NCBI RefSeq assembly: GCF_006345805.1 | Contig: NC_043000.1 | Location: 14,074,001 to 14,138,000, forward strand | From: Octopus sinensis | Taxonomy: Eukaryota | Direction of reading: 5' to 3' | DNA: 64,000 nt | Translations under genes and position numbers: made by a program | Notes under the pieces: generated by a model | The model's input: only the letters and a program-made list of their open reading frames with translations | What the model was told of the DNA's origin: nothing | Database searches by the model: none | In this document: positions 10,918 through 24,250 of the stretch, piece after piece | How the letters are laid out: the number at the start of each line of letters is the position of its first letter | Position numbering within the stretch: the stretch's first letter is position 1

Positions 10918-11330
10918 ACTCTCTTTTACTCTTTTACTTGTTTTAGTCATTTGACTGTGGCCATGCTGGAGCACCGCCTTTAATCGAGCAACTCGACCCT
11001 GGGACTTATTCTTTTGTAAACCCAGTACTTATTCTATCGGTCTCTTTTGCCGACCCGCTAAGTAATGGGGACATAAACAAACCAGCATCGGTTGTCAAGC
11101 AATGCGAGGGGGACAAACACAGACACACAAACACACACATGCATAGATATATATATACATATATACGACGGGCTTCTTTTCAGTTTCCGTCTACCAAATC
11201 TACTCACAAGGCTTTGGTTGGCCCGAGGCTATAGCAGAAGACACTTGCCCAAGATGCCACACAGTGGGACTGAACCCGGAACCATGTGGTTGGTAAACAA
11301 GCTATTTACCACACAGCCACTCCTGCGCCT
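10918..11330 (-). mobile_element. Family B SINE, full length
   Basis: Near-identical to 9017-9426. Confidence 0.92.
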
Positions 11331-12358
11331 GACTATGATCATCAGCCAAATAGACTAACCACCAAGCCACATACCTCCACTAAGGAGATTGTTTATTTTT
11401 AGAATAACATTGCAGAATAGGTGTGAGAGGCCAGATTTAGAAGGTTTGAAATAAAACAAGGAAGAATATTTAGGCTGGATATGGTAGGTTCAAATTCTAA
11501 AGGGTTAACAGAGATATGCAATGATCACAGTGTTAAAGATGATGGAAATAAAACTGCACAGACACACACAGCAAATCTTTTCTTCCTTTCACATAAAAAA
11601 GCACCTGATTCCTCCTTGGCATAGACACAAACAATTTTATGATATTACTGGTTTAGAGTTGTCTCAAAATTCAAACCTGAAATAGATGTGTGCATTCACA
11701 CAAACACACACACACACACCATCAACTGAACAGCTTTAGGATACATACAAGCCACTCTATATACACACACACACACACACACACATGCAGAATAAATTCC
11801 AACAAAGAAAAATGACAGCATCCTCCAGGGTGTGTAACTGTGTAGAATCAGTGGCATGTCTTGTTACTTAGCAACCAAGACAAACTAGGCAGTTTCAGAC
11901 TAAATTGAGAAATACAGCAGGAAAAGTGACGTTATGACAGCTGAGAAAGATTGTTGTCCTAAAACCACACAATGCAAATCAAAACGACAAACCCAAAATA
12001 GCCATTCTATTCTAGGAAACAAAGTTTTGTGCGACGAATCAAATGGAAACATTATGTAAACGAATTATATTCAATTTTTCATTTTTATTTATTAGTTTTA
12101 GGGATGGGGGTGCATCATTCATAATATTGTTAGGAATTACTGAAAGGCGGCAACACTAGCAGAATCAGTGTGTTGCATGAAATGCTCGCTGGTGTCTCTT
12201 TACGATCTGAATTTAAATTCCACGAAGGTAAACAGTCCCTTTCTTCATCTTCTTGAGGTTGATAAAATAAGTGTCTGTCAAGCACTGGGTTTGAGGTCAT
12301 CAACTTGCCCACTTCTTTAAATTTCAGGCCATGTGCAAAAATTTGAAATCATTATTAT

Positions 12359-13115
12359 CTCCGCCTTAGCAGAGGCAAAGGTATTGTTTTCAGTTATGTT
12401 TGTTTGTTTGTCCATGGACAAGATATCTCAAGAACAGGAGGCGCAATGGCCCAGTAGTTAGGGCAGCGGACTCGCGGTCGTAGGATCGCGGTTTCGATTC
12501 CCAGACCGGGCGTTGTGAGTGTTTATTGAGCGAAAACACCTAAAGCTCCACGAGGCTCCGGCAGGGATGGTGGTGATCCCTGCTGTACTCTTTCACCACA
12601 ACTTTCTCTCACTCTTACTTCCTGTTTCTGTTGCACCTGTATTTCAAAGGGCTGGCCTTGTCACTCTCTGTGTCACGCTGAATATCCCCGAGAACTACGT
12701 TAAGGGTACACGTGTCTGTGGAGTGCTCAGCCACTTACACGTTAATTTCACGAGCAGGCTGTTCCGTTGATCGGATCAACCGGAACCCTCATTGTCGTAA
12801 CCGACGGAGTGCTTCCATCTCAAGAACAGTTGGATGGATTTGGATGAAACTTTCAGGGATGTTTGGCCTCATGACTGGCATGAACTGATTAGATTTTGGG
12901 ATTGATCCAGTACCAGACAAAGATTCTGGATTATTTTACCTGCTTTTTTTTTTTTTTTAACTGAAATTTTGAGAGTGGCCAGGTTCATTTTTAGTACTCT
13001 TGTTTGTGAAAGCAGTCGAGTTTATTTCAGATATTCTCATTTTAAAAATCATCTCTGGCTAATTGTTGAGAGGACATTGGTGTTCTTAGGCAGAGGCCTG
13101 CCCTCTCTGAGTGCT
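12359..13115. mobile_element. Non-autonomous DNA element (DINE-1/HINE-like architecture) interrupted by SINE C
   Basis: CCGCCTTAGCAGAGGC...(GTTT)n...GATATCTCAAGAAC...GGATGGATTTGGATGAAACTT; the sequence is continuous once the SINE is removed. The class assignment is pattern-based. Confidence 0.45.
12438..12816 (+). mobile_element. Full-length SINE C (tRNA-Arg-like head, tail 1) with 13-bp TSD
   Basis: GGAGGCGCAATGGCCCAGTAGTTAGGGCAGCGGACTCGCGG...GGTTTCGATTCCC; ATCTCAAGAACAG at 12425-12437 and 12817-12829. Confidence 0.92.
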
Positions 13116-13390
13116 CGTTATCATTATCATCATTTAGAAGGCAGTAAGATCGAAGAATAATTAGTATACTGAACAAAATGCATAGTGACATTTTGTCTAT
13201 CTTTAAATTATGAATTCAAATTCTGCTGGGGTCAACTGGTCAAGCACTAAGGGGGTCAATATGATTGATTAGCCTTCTCCTCCAAAATTTCATGCCTATG
13301 TAACAGTTATGAATGGGAGTTATTCCCCTCCACCTGGCTGCAGTCCAATGATTGAAACATGTAAAAGAATAAAACAATACATATATACAT

Positions 13391-13677
13391 AGGAGCACTC
13401 AGTCGGTTACGACGACGAGGGTCCCAGCTGATACGATCAACGGAACAGCCTGCTCATGAGCACTCCACAGACACGTGTACCCCTAACGTAGTTCTCAGGA
13501 AGATTCAGCGTGACACAGAGTGCGACAACGCTGGACCCTTGAAATACAGGTACAACTCATTTTTGCCAACTGAGTGGACTGGAGCAACATGAAATAAAGT
13601 GTCTTGCTCAAGGACACACGCGTCGCCGGGAATTGAACTCACGGCCTTACAATCGCAAGCCGAATGCCCAAACCACT
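13391..13677 (-). mobile_element. SINE, head D plus tail 1
   Basis: 13391-13550 matches the SINE C tail, while 13555-13677 is a different tRNA head and core (GTGTCCTTGAGCAAGACACTTTATTTC). Confidence 0.8.
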
Positions 13678-13734
13678 ATATACATACATATATACACACA
13701 TACACATTAAATATATATGTATATACATGATATT

Positions 13735-14113
13735 ATACTCTTTTACTTGTTTCAGTCATTTGACTGCGGCCATGCTGGAGCACCACCTTTAGTCGAGCAA
13801 ATTGACCCCGGGACTTATTCTTTGTAAGCCCAGTACTTATTCTATCGGTCTCTTTTGCTGAACCGCTAAGTGACGGGGACGTAAACACACAAGCATCGGT
13901 TGTCAAGCAATGCTAGGGGGACAAACACAAACACATATATATACATATATATGACAGGCTTCTTCCAATTTCCGTCTACCAAATCCACTCACAAGGCATT
14001 GGTCGGCCCGGGGCTATAGCAGAAGACACTTGCCCAAGATGCCATGCAGTGGGACTGAACCCGGAACCATGTGGTTGGTTAGCAAGCTACTTACCACACA
14101 GCCACTATATGCG
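13735..14113 (-). mobile_element. Family B SINE
   Basis: Colinear with the other B copies. Confidence 0.9.
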
Positions 14114-15289
14114 TCTCTTAGATGTCTCTCTCTACGCACATCGCCTGACAACCAGTAATATGTTATTAACATTAAAAAGTGAAAGTGGATCAAGTGACCA
14201 AGTCTCAGATACTATCAGCTTTCAAGCCAAAACAAGATGGCATATATGTAGTCAATCAACCTGCAAGAAATAGCAATCAGATACCACCTGTAACCATACC
14301 CTATCATCTTTAGGAAACAGGAAAAGGACGCATTTACTAACGCAGTTTTACATAGCATCAAGTAAGAGAAACTAGCCAGTTTCAAGCAAAGCTAAGAATT
14401 AGGAATGCTGGGTCAAGGTTGATCTGATGCCAAGCAACAACAAAGAAAAAGTTTCCAACATATTTTTAAAAGAAATCAAGTTTACATACAAACTAACACT
14501 GGCCTCAGTTGGCCCCCCAAGTGTCGGCCTCGGTTGCCCCCCCCAGCACTGGCCTCGAATGCAGGCATTTTCTAAGTCCTGAGGGACTTTTAAGAGCTCA
14601 GTACTTGACTGCTTGTTTTAGTTTAGCACCAAGTCAGCCCTGATCAAAGGTATTCCAAATCTGATCATCCTGTTTTTATTTTATTCAGATATAATATTCA
14701 GAACTACATCATCCAATACACCTTTTCCATTTACCTTTATTTATTTATTTAAAGACAGCAGGGTGTGATCAGTGAGTGATTTGGCTGCTATTATTAGCAA
14801 AGCTGAGCACGAATATGATGTGAAGAAGATGAAGATATAAGTCAGGATGCATCACAATTCTACACATACAACTTTATACACACAGCACAATAATTACTGC
14901 CACCACATCATAACACTACTACTACTACTACTACTGTTATTACATCACACCACTACAATCACTACTATACTGCCACATTAGAATCTATAGAAGTCAAACT
15001 GATTTAGTATGATGACTAGAGTACAGTTATGGTACATTACTAGTTGTGGTAGTTTAGTAGTGTATAGTACCAGACCAGCTTATGAAGAGGATTCTAACCA
15101 TGACCCTCTCGACTGTCTAGAGCAATATAAAGCACTATATTCTCTGATGTTTTACTCTCACATTTTATTTTAAGACGAATGATGTGACGAGGGAGAATGT
15201 CGGTTGCATTTCTAGCAGGTTGAACAACCTTAGCAAAGCCACCTCCCTTGTTGAGTGATGGTGGTGGTGGTGGTGGGGCAGTAGTAGAG

Positions 15290-15406
15290 ATAGTGGGAAG
15301 AAAGAGGCAAGTGGTACCGGGGGGGGGGGTGCATGAAGATGGGGCTGAGGGAAGGAAGTGGAGGCAGTAGAAGTCAAGACATAGATGGAGGGAAGTGAGG
15401 AGGTGA

Positions 15407-15473
<67 letters not shown>

Positions 15474-15700
15474 AATTGGGGGAAGAGGAGGAACTATGAA
15501 AGAAAGAAATATGCAGAAATAGCAGTAAGTATGGTCGGTGGGGGGGAGGGGTAAGGTGCAGACTTAGCTCAGTAATCAGAGGAGGAAGAGGAGGACAGAG
15601 TGATCTGGTGGTAGAGAGAGAACTGGGGGTTCTGTGAGGAGTGGTACAGCAGTGGGAAAGTGAAGAGGCAAAGAGAGATAGATGATGATCATCAGACGAG
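15290..15700. repeat. Purine-rich tract with (GA)n at 15411-15474
   Basis: Direct reading. Confidence 0.9.
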
Positions 15701-15951
15701 CCGAGCCTAATCGTGGGAATATTGCAAGAGAGGAGTTTTAAGATTTAAAGAGGAAAAGGTTGATGTCAGAGGTCAATAAAGTCATGTGATGCCATCACAA
15801 TCACTGATGTGATGATGATGATCCCATGGTTGACTATTTTGGCTCCTGGGAAATTTCAGGCAACAAATTGGCAGGGTTGAGAGAACAGAAACAAAAATGC
15901 CTTGGCCTTGTGATGGTTTTTTTTTTCCTTCTTCTTCTAATTCCCTGCACT

Positions 15952-16359
15952 CAGGGCTGGATTAAGACCCATAGAGGTCCTAAACATTTAAAAGATTCTG
16001 TTAGCCCCATACGTAATGTAATTCAAAGTATAAACAATATCAAACCATAAAATAAATTTTTACTTTTCAAAATTAAACAAATGTAACAGTAAGATGGAAA
16101 ATAATGTTTATTTTTGTAAACTTCTACTTTGAAAAGTTTTCTCCAAGATTTTTAATTACAAAAAGTCTTTGATCAAGTCCTCACTAGGAACCCTTTGAAA
16201 TTATATTTCCAATCATATAAACCACTTCAAATATTATTTTAGCAAGTTTAAAGTGATTTCCTTTGTGTCATAAACCATTTACCATTTCTGTGGTGCCCCT
16301 CCTTCCCTTGATGCTCTAAGCACGTGCTTCTTTTGCTTAAATGGTTAAACCTAGCACTG
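15952..16359. mobile_element. hAT-like MITE
   Basis: CAGGGCTGGATTAA versus right-end reverse complement CAGTGCTAGGTTTAA; CCTGCACT at 15944-15951 and CCTGCATT at 16360-16367 (8-bp TSD, one mismatch). Confidence 0.75.
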
Positions 16360-16419
16360 CCTGCATTGCAAGTTCAAATCCTTCTGAGGTTAACTTCACC
16401 TTCGCATGCCGCAGGATGC

Positions 16420-17500
16420 CCCGGCTGGTCATCCCGCGGGGTGGGATTTTACGCTACTTCAAGATGACCCACTCAGCATCACGAGTCCGGGTACTGATGA
16501 GACCCGGTGCGCGATGGTACTTTTGGAACAGAGTGAAAATGAACTAAATACCAGTCCAGTGCAGTTGACTCACAGATTTGTTCGAGGGTTTGATGAGATG
16601 CCTTGCAGTATTTGTTCCAGTTCTTGGATCAGGTCAGGTGGGGAGATGGGGCAGGGGCTTGTGCTGTAGCGGTGTATCGCTGCACCTACCATTTGTTGGT
16701 ATTCCCTGCTCCTGGTAAATGATAGCTTTGCAGCACTCAGACAACACTCCAAACCCAAAGTAGCTGGATCAGTTTGGGAAGCTGTTGCTGGTGAGGGTTT
16801 AATGAGGGCAAAGTGCAAATCCTACCTGAACCTATTTTAAGTTTCTCAAAGGAAACATTGGGACTATTCTTTGACACACTGGTCCCCACACAGCACAGGG
16901 GTGGTTCTTAAGTGGTAGACTTGATTCATTGCTTGGATTTAACACCACCGCTTGGTCCTTTAAGTGCCTTTAGTAAAGATCATCACAATTAATTTTCAAA
17001 CATTTGGTTTGAGGATAACATCCTTTCCTTGCAACAGTCTTGGCAGCACAGAAAAAGGGTCATGGGTGCTGACCTTCCATCCAGAGAAGTGCCCTTACCA
17101 AACCACTAAAATGTCTGAGCAAGGTTGGGATAATTATCAGCATTAACAATCCACCATAGCATCAGTCATCAAGTGCACAGCTCAGTATCTGTGCACGTGT
17201 GTGTGTGTTTTGGGGGAAGAGACTAGGGTGGTGATCTGCCTCAGGCAAAGCTTGTATGTGGGCCCAGAGGCGTTGGCAAACTCAAGGGGCAGCATATCTC
17301 TAGTTACGCCACTGATCACAACCTTGTTACTCCGTAAAGGAAAGACCAGACGGGTTATCACCATACAATTGGATACGTAGTGTAGTTAGCAATACGGGTC
17401 GTTTTAGGTGACTTGATGCACTGAGATAAGGCGGGAAGGGGACTAACACGTGACCGGAGGAATTTCTAAAGTTCCTTCACCTCAGATTGCGTTGACATGT
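16420..17500 (-). mobile_element. Highly decayed Ty3/Gypsy-like pol remnant (RT end, RNase H, integrase)
   Basis: Fragments in pol order across frameshifts and stops: EVKEL*KFL (cf. VKELRSFLG), ADHHPSLF (cf. TDHKPL), VNADNYPNL (cf. NADALSRL), DLHFA (cf. IHIDFAGP), EWVILK. GC-richer than the flanks; no LTR pair seen. Confidence 0.5.
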
Positions 17501-18149
17501 TAGGAAATTCTTAAAAGCAAATAGTGTGCATGTGTGAAAGAGAGGGAGGGGCAGTCGAAAGAAAGCAAGAGGTAGTAAGAGGCAGACAAGCAGAAATAGA
17601 AAGAAATATAGACATGAAAATAGTAGAGAGAAAGAGAGCCTGATGTGTATCGAGCAGGGCCGACTTGAGAGACAGACGAGAGAAAGAATAGCAGAATAAT
17701 TATACAAAAATGTATTAGATTTCACAAATTAGGACTGAATACGTCTACAAACATACACAAACGAACCAGTGAGTATATCTACTACGTGGTCGCTCACCCT
17801 GCTAGAAATAGCAGTCAGCACCCATCAAATCCCACCCTCTCGTATTACAAAAAGGGATAAACTTGATAATACAGTTCTAGACAGATACCACACCAGGGTG
17901 GAAATATGGGATTGTCACGATTTGATACTTCAATGTAGGGATGCTGGATTAAACTGAGCTGGGACCAAACAACATACACACACATACACACACACACACA
18001 AGAAATACGTTGATGTGTGCTCGTATGCACACGACCATATAGAGTTTGTGCAACCAATGTTCTTGTATACATGTGACCTCATAGCATACAACCTGCACGT
18101 AGACAACAACATGCATTAAATACGCATTGACACCTTAACATAAATAGCA

Positions 18150-19090
18150 TGCAGACAGTCACATGCATTCACACATACACGTTAACACACGTAATATGTA
18201 AACCACATGCATTAATAGATACGCAATTAGACATAACATGTAGCCAGCCACATACATACACGTGAAACTACATGCATTTATACACACATTAAGACATAAC
18301 AACCAACACACATGTAAACCACATGCATTTACACACAAACATAACATGTAACCAACCACACATTAATACACACATGTAAACCACATGCATTTACACACAG
18401 ACATAACATGCAACCAACCACACATTAATACACACATGTAAACCACATGCATTTACACAGACATAACATGTAACCAACCACACATTAATACACACATGTA
18501 AACCACATGCATTTACACACAGACATAACATGCAACCAACCACACATTAATACACACATGTAAACCACATGCATTTACACACAGACATAACATGCAACCA
18601 ACCACACATTAATACACACATGTAAACCACATGCATTTACACACAGACATAACATGTAACCAACCACACATTAATACACACATGTAAACCACATTAATAC
18701 ATACATGTAAACCACATGCATTTACACACAGACATAACATGTAACCAACCACACATTAATACACACATGTAAACCACATGCATTTACACACAGACATAAC
18801 ATGTAACCAACCACACATTAATACACACATGTAAACCACATTAATACATACATGTAAACCACATGCATTTACACACAGACATAACATGCAACCAACCACA
18901 CATTAATACACACATGTAAACCACATTAATACATACATGTAAACCACATGCATTTACACACAGACATAACATGCAACCAACCAACCAACCACACACTAAT
19001 AGACAACATGTAGCTAGTCACACAACATTGACATAAAACCACATGCATTAACAGAACATGTAGCTAGCCACATTAACACACACGAAACAT
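18150..19090. repeat. 62-bp minisatellite (~10 core copies, 18321-18990) with degenerate flanks
   Basis: Unit ACATGCATTTACACACAGACATAACATG(C/T)AACCAACCACACATTAATACACACATGTAAACC starts at 18321, 18383 and onward; a 23-bp subunit is duplicated in some copies. Confidence 0.93.
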
Positions 19091-19879
19091 GTAAAACCGA
19101 ATGCATTTATATACGCATATCGACATCAGTTAGAGAGAGAATCTCTAGATCTTTGCATCAGTTGTAAAAATATCAGCCAAATTTCTTCAAATCATACCTA
19201 ACGTCTTCAAAAATATAGCACATAAGATAATGTAGCCCCAGATACACTTAGGAAAGAAAAGAACATCTTCTCAGACTTAACATACACAAGATGTATATAC
19301 ATCGTTACACATACACACACGCACATTCAGTCAGGTAGAGCGAAACATGTGCATAACACGTTTATGCATTCACATATGCACTGAATCACATTTTACAAAC
19401 ATGCAATAACATGTTACATGCATGTACGCACAATCACGTGCAGCAATAACGCACACACAGACACATACGTAACATGACTATACACAAACAAAAACCATCA
19501 ATAGAGCTGTATGCTGTCACACACACACACACACACACACATGTAAATGGATCTCCGTTGGTTTTAACGATCACTATCTCCGTTGTTCGATCAATTGATC
19601 TGTTTATTCATTGAATTATAGTGGGAAGTGGCCATGTATTCCACAAGTACGCGTGTCCTTAACCAGCGAGCGAAATCAGCGTGACACAGAATGTGAAAAG
19701 GCTGGCCCTTTGAATAACAGGGCTTCCACACAGTTTCATCCACCTAGTTTCGTTCACGAAATTTGGTGATCGACCCGAAGATGTGGTGAAAAATGACACA
19801 CAGTGGGAACGAACCCGGGACCTTATGATGCGAAATCGTAAACAACCTTGTCCTAATTTCCTTTACAAGCGCTAATATT

Positions 19880-20860
19880 TCTACTCCTACCACTCTCATC
19901 AATACTACTACCACCACACTAGTAGTACTATCGCTACCATTTACCATCAGACCACTGTACTGTTGCAACCAACACCAGCGAACCACCGTTATTATCGTTA
20001 CCTTCGACCTACACTACCAGTTTTACCAACACCACCATTTTCGCTACCATATCTACCAGTACCACTCTTACAACGACCATCACCGCAATTAGTAGTAAAA
20101 ACAATTTGCTCCGTAGTGGCCCCATTAGGTTCACGTCTAATAGAGGCATGTGACTAGCTATCCCATTTATATTACAATCCCCACAACCGTTAAGAGCGCA
20201 TCTCTTTGGGAATGTTTGTAGAGGCATGTGACTAGGATCCTTTCGACACTACAACCACCGCCGCCACCACCATTCATTAACAGTGTCTCTTTGGATTCCT
20301 TGTTGTGACATGTGATTCGCCATCCCTTCCATACAACAACCCCGTTGGAGTTTGTTTTTTGTTTTTTTTTACAGTGGCATGTGACTATCCCTTGCCATCA
20401 TCAGCAACAAGAAGTGATGCGGTGGAGAATAGACCATCGGTGACAGCTGACTTTCCTCTTCACGTTTACCACATTTCATCCCTATTATAATAACACCATC
20501 ACTACCCATCATAACCACCATTCTTCTCACCAACACCACTTCTTTCACTGCCATTCACCTTCAGTCAGATCTCTCTGCCAGTACTTTTATCACTTCAACA
20601 CTTGTTACCATCACTACTACCACCGCCACCATCACCAAGAAACACCAACGTCACCACTACACCCCCCCTATATACCAGCAGTAGCCCTATATTAATTACC
20701 ATCACTACTACTACTACTACTACTACTATAAACCACCACCAACAACAACCTTATATACCGCCGCCGCTACTACCAACAACAATCCTATCTACCACCACCG
20801 CCACCACCACCATCAATTCCGCAGCCATTCCCCCACCCCCCATCAATACCACGAGTTCGA
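19880..20860. repeat. ACC/ACT/CAT triplet-mosaic low-complexity tract
   Basis: Degenerate C-rich trinucleotide repeats. Confidence 0.8.
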
Positions 20861-21039
20861 TAGGTAATGAATGTTGAAGGATTCGCGTGATAGCTGCCAT
20901 AATCCGACGATCCAAAATGTCCCTCACGGTTGCAGCTGAGTGAAACAGGTTGTTTTCTGGCTGTCAGAGGTATTTAGTGAGGAACATTCCAGACGAGCTT
21001 GGGCTGCATAGTTTCGTGTGTAGTCATGGAGTGAAGGTA

Positions 21040-21551
21040 GCTTGGCAAGAGAGAGGGAGGGGGAAGAGATAAACAGAGAGAGAGAGAGAGATGTAAAAGG
21101 AAAGTGAAGAGAAAGAGAGGAGGAAGAAATAAGCGAAAAAGCGGGAAGGAGTTAATATAGCACAGCATTGAGAAGAGAACGGAATGATGGGAAGGGGAAG
21201 AGGCGAAAGTGAAGGGGAGAGAAGGGATAATGAAAGGAGAACAGGTGAATGAAAGGAGAGTGGAAGTGGGAGAAATAAAGAAGAGATTAGAGGGAGTAGG
21301 AGGGAGGGAGGGATGGGATGGGATAGAGGAACAAACGTGCAGCAGAGAGAACGTGGAGAAAGGAAAAAAGGGCTGCGAGCGAGAGTAGGATGAATTACGG
21401 GAAGAGAGATAGGGTAGAGAAAAAAAAATACAAGCAGAGAGAGAGATAGAGGCCAAATTGAGAGAAGGTGGTAGCGACAGCAAACGGAGAAATGAATGAA
21501 CTTGTGTGAGATGTGAGGGGAGAGAAGACAAGCAAATTAGACGAAGAATGG

Positions 21552-21585
<34 letters not shown>

Positions 21586-21960
21586 TGGAAAGAGAGTCGC
21601 GAAAACATGCTCAGATGAAAGGTGGAGGGAGGAGGGGGGGAAGCGAAAGGAACAATTTGGGAAATGAAACATGGAAAACGAAAAAGCAATTAGAGAGGGA
21701 ATGACAGAGAGGAAAACGTACCATAATTTTTCTATAATGAGAGAGGGGAAAGATATTAAGTAAGAGAGCATGAGAATGAATGAACAGCAAAAAAAAGGGG
21801 GAAGGTAGGATAAAGGGATGGATTGAAAGTAAAAAGGGAGAAAATACGATAGAAATTGAAAGCAAAAATATAAAATGGGAATGAGGATAATGGAGATAAA
21901 TAAATAAATAAAAGTAAAAAGCTGGAGAAAAATAAAAATAAAAGTATCCCAGAAGTATGG
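21040..21960. repeat. ~900-bp imperfect polypurine tract containing a G-quadruplex motif
   Basis: Almost all A/G on the + strand; GGGAGGGAGGGATGGGATGGG at 21302-21322. Confidence 0.85.
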
Positions 21961-22628
21961 TAGGCCAAAGGTGAAGCAAAGTAAAACGACCTGAGAACAG
22001 CATCGCTAGAAAGCAGACGATGACTTTGGAGCAAGAAGCACAAGAGAACATTAGTAGATAACACAGATGAGCTGATAAGTTAGAAAACAGATGATAACGG
22101 CTATTTGACTTTTATTCGGAGTACAAGGAAAAAGAGTGAATGAAACGTTTAATGAACAAGATTATTTTCAGTGAATAACAGTCTTTTCGTTCACGAAACT
22201 CATTAAGATGGCGAGTAGAGCATGCCAGCATGTATAGTGTAGATTGCCGTCGTTTAATTAATCAGTTTTGGGACAAAGTGAAAACACACTTTAAAAAAGC
22301 ATATCAACTAATCTTCTTATCCCAACGCAGCTACTTCATGAATTGTTGCTTACATCACTACCATAACAACAAACAACAACAACTCAGATCTCAGAGGAAG
22401 AAGGTGGAGTCGATATAACCAAGCAAATATCTTACTGAATAATGATAATGGTAGTCACTAGAACTAGTAGAATGGTAATAATCTGCAGCATTGACATGAA
22501 TCGGACTGGAAGTAAAAACTAGAGGAGATGTGTGTTGGTGTACTAAGAGAAGTAGAGATTAATGCCAATTGCACGGCAGATCAACACATGCGTTTTGATT
22601 TGATTTTCAGTGCCTTATTATTGAGAGG

Positions 22629-22685
<57 letters not shown>

Positions 22686-23888
22686 GGGAATGTTAAATAG
22701 CCCCTGGATATTTTTGAGTCGAGAAAAAAATCCTAGCTATACAGACTTGGGTCATGAAAATTAAGAATGAAAAGAATGAAGGTAGAAAAAAAAAAGGATA
22801 AAAAAAACATCACGCTAAGTAAGAAGAACGGTGACAACAACAACAAAAAATTGACCAGAATATTTTCTCATTCTCTTCAAGAAAAATCAACCAACAAGAA
22901 TGGTGGTAAGGATATTGTTGATGAGAGAGAAAGAAAGTGCGTGTCTGTGTGTCTAAGTATGTAACTGGTCCGAATGTCTGTGTCTAGTAATTACTAAAAT
23001 CACGTGCCTCTAGACCATCCACTTAGTACCAGCATCATATCAGCAGACCTTGTTTGTGTCCGAACAAACAGAAATAGGATGATAGGGTGCGTGACGTCTC
23101 CACAGGTACCCAACTATTTGCTAGCGATGTCGCCAGATGCCGCGAACCTAAGAGGCTATTTTAGATAACAAAAAGAAGAAATGAAAATGCAGAAGAGACG
23201 TAAGTGTGAGTAAGCAGTACAAGTACAATACGTCTGTCACATGACTTGACAGTTTAGGCCCAGTCTTCAATAGGGTTGAAGAACTGGGGCTCACAATAAT
23301 CGGGTTGATACTACCCTCTACACTCCTAACCCGCATGCACGGCGTATAAAATATACATACGTAAACAGCGACGATAACAATTACTGATATTGTTACAATG
23401 AAGATGTCAACAACAAACAAACAGCCCTTTATCAAAGATGGTTAGCAGCAAACTATAAGCTTTCAATGATGCTTGCTATCAGGTTCTTCATCTTCACTCA
23501 CACGCATATTGACACATATATACATACATCATGCACTCGTACATCCATCCATACCTACATAAATCTTATCAACAGCAGCTGTCCTTTCTCTATAGAAAAC
23601 GCAGACGAGGAAATGGGAAGGAGGAGACCTTTTATACCCACTGATTCCACTCCGCCACACCGAGCGTCTGCACTATTGAAGAAACGAGCTCTGAGAACGG
23701 TATGTGCGTGCGTGTATACAAAAATCCCTAAAGGAACGATTTGCCATTACACCGGAAATTGAGAATTGATAAAACGAGCATTGCTGTCACAATAACCATC
23801 CTAGAACGGGATTGATCCGTGGTCATTTGATGTGCTAACATGTGAAACCACAACTCTCAAACTACGACCTGGGACAATGTAATGTCTG

Positions 23889-24250
23889 AATAAATGGCCC
23901 AGTGGTTAGGACAGCAGACTCGCGGTCGGAGGATCGCAGTTTCGATTCCCAGACCGAGCGTTGTGTGTGTTTATTGAGCGAAAACACCTAAAGCTCCACG
24001 AGGCTCCAGCAGGGGGTGGTGGTGACCCCTGTTGTACTCTTTCGCTCCAACTTTCTCTCACTCTTTCTTCCTGTTTCTTGTCCCCGACCTCCTACGCAAC
24101 CGCTGAGCCTGGATGCGCATTCATCCATCCATCGATGCTCTCGGTGTCGGGGGTTGACCTGCTTTCTCTTCTGCGGGTCTTACGAATAGCAAAGGATCAC
24201 GTTTCAGACTTCTCCCACAGGGACGAAGACCGCTTCGCTCAACAACAACC
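23889..24250 (+). mobile_element. SINE, head C plus tail 3 ending in (CAA)n
   Basis: Head and body match 12438-12630 up to CTTCCTGTTTCT, then an unrelated tail ...GGGACGAAGACCGCTTCGCTCAACAACAAC. Confidence 0.85.

Noticed and set aside
12438-12520. tRNA-Arg-like sequence (and other box A/box B heads)
   Set aside because: It runs straight into a SINE body, has a TSD and is multi-copy, so it is a SINE head rather than a tRNA gene.
17508-17749. TG...CA-bounded segment as an LTR of the Gypsy remnant
   Set aside because: No second copy and no primer-binding site; the adjacent sequence reads as mid-pol.
18321-18990. CRISPR-like periodicity
   Set aside because: No unique spacers, no cas genes and a eukaryotic context; it is a minisatellite.
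20974-22064. 265-aa and other S/L/F-rich ORFs
   Set aside because: Translations of the polypurine tract; the same applies to 31196-31812 and 54105-54954.
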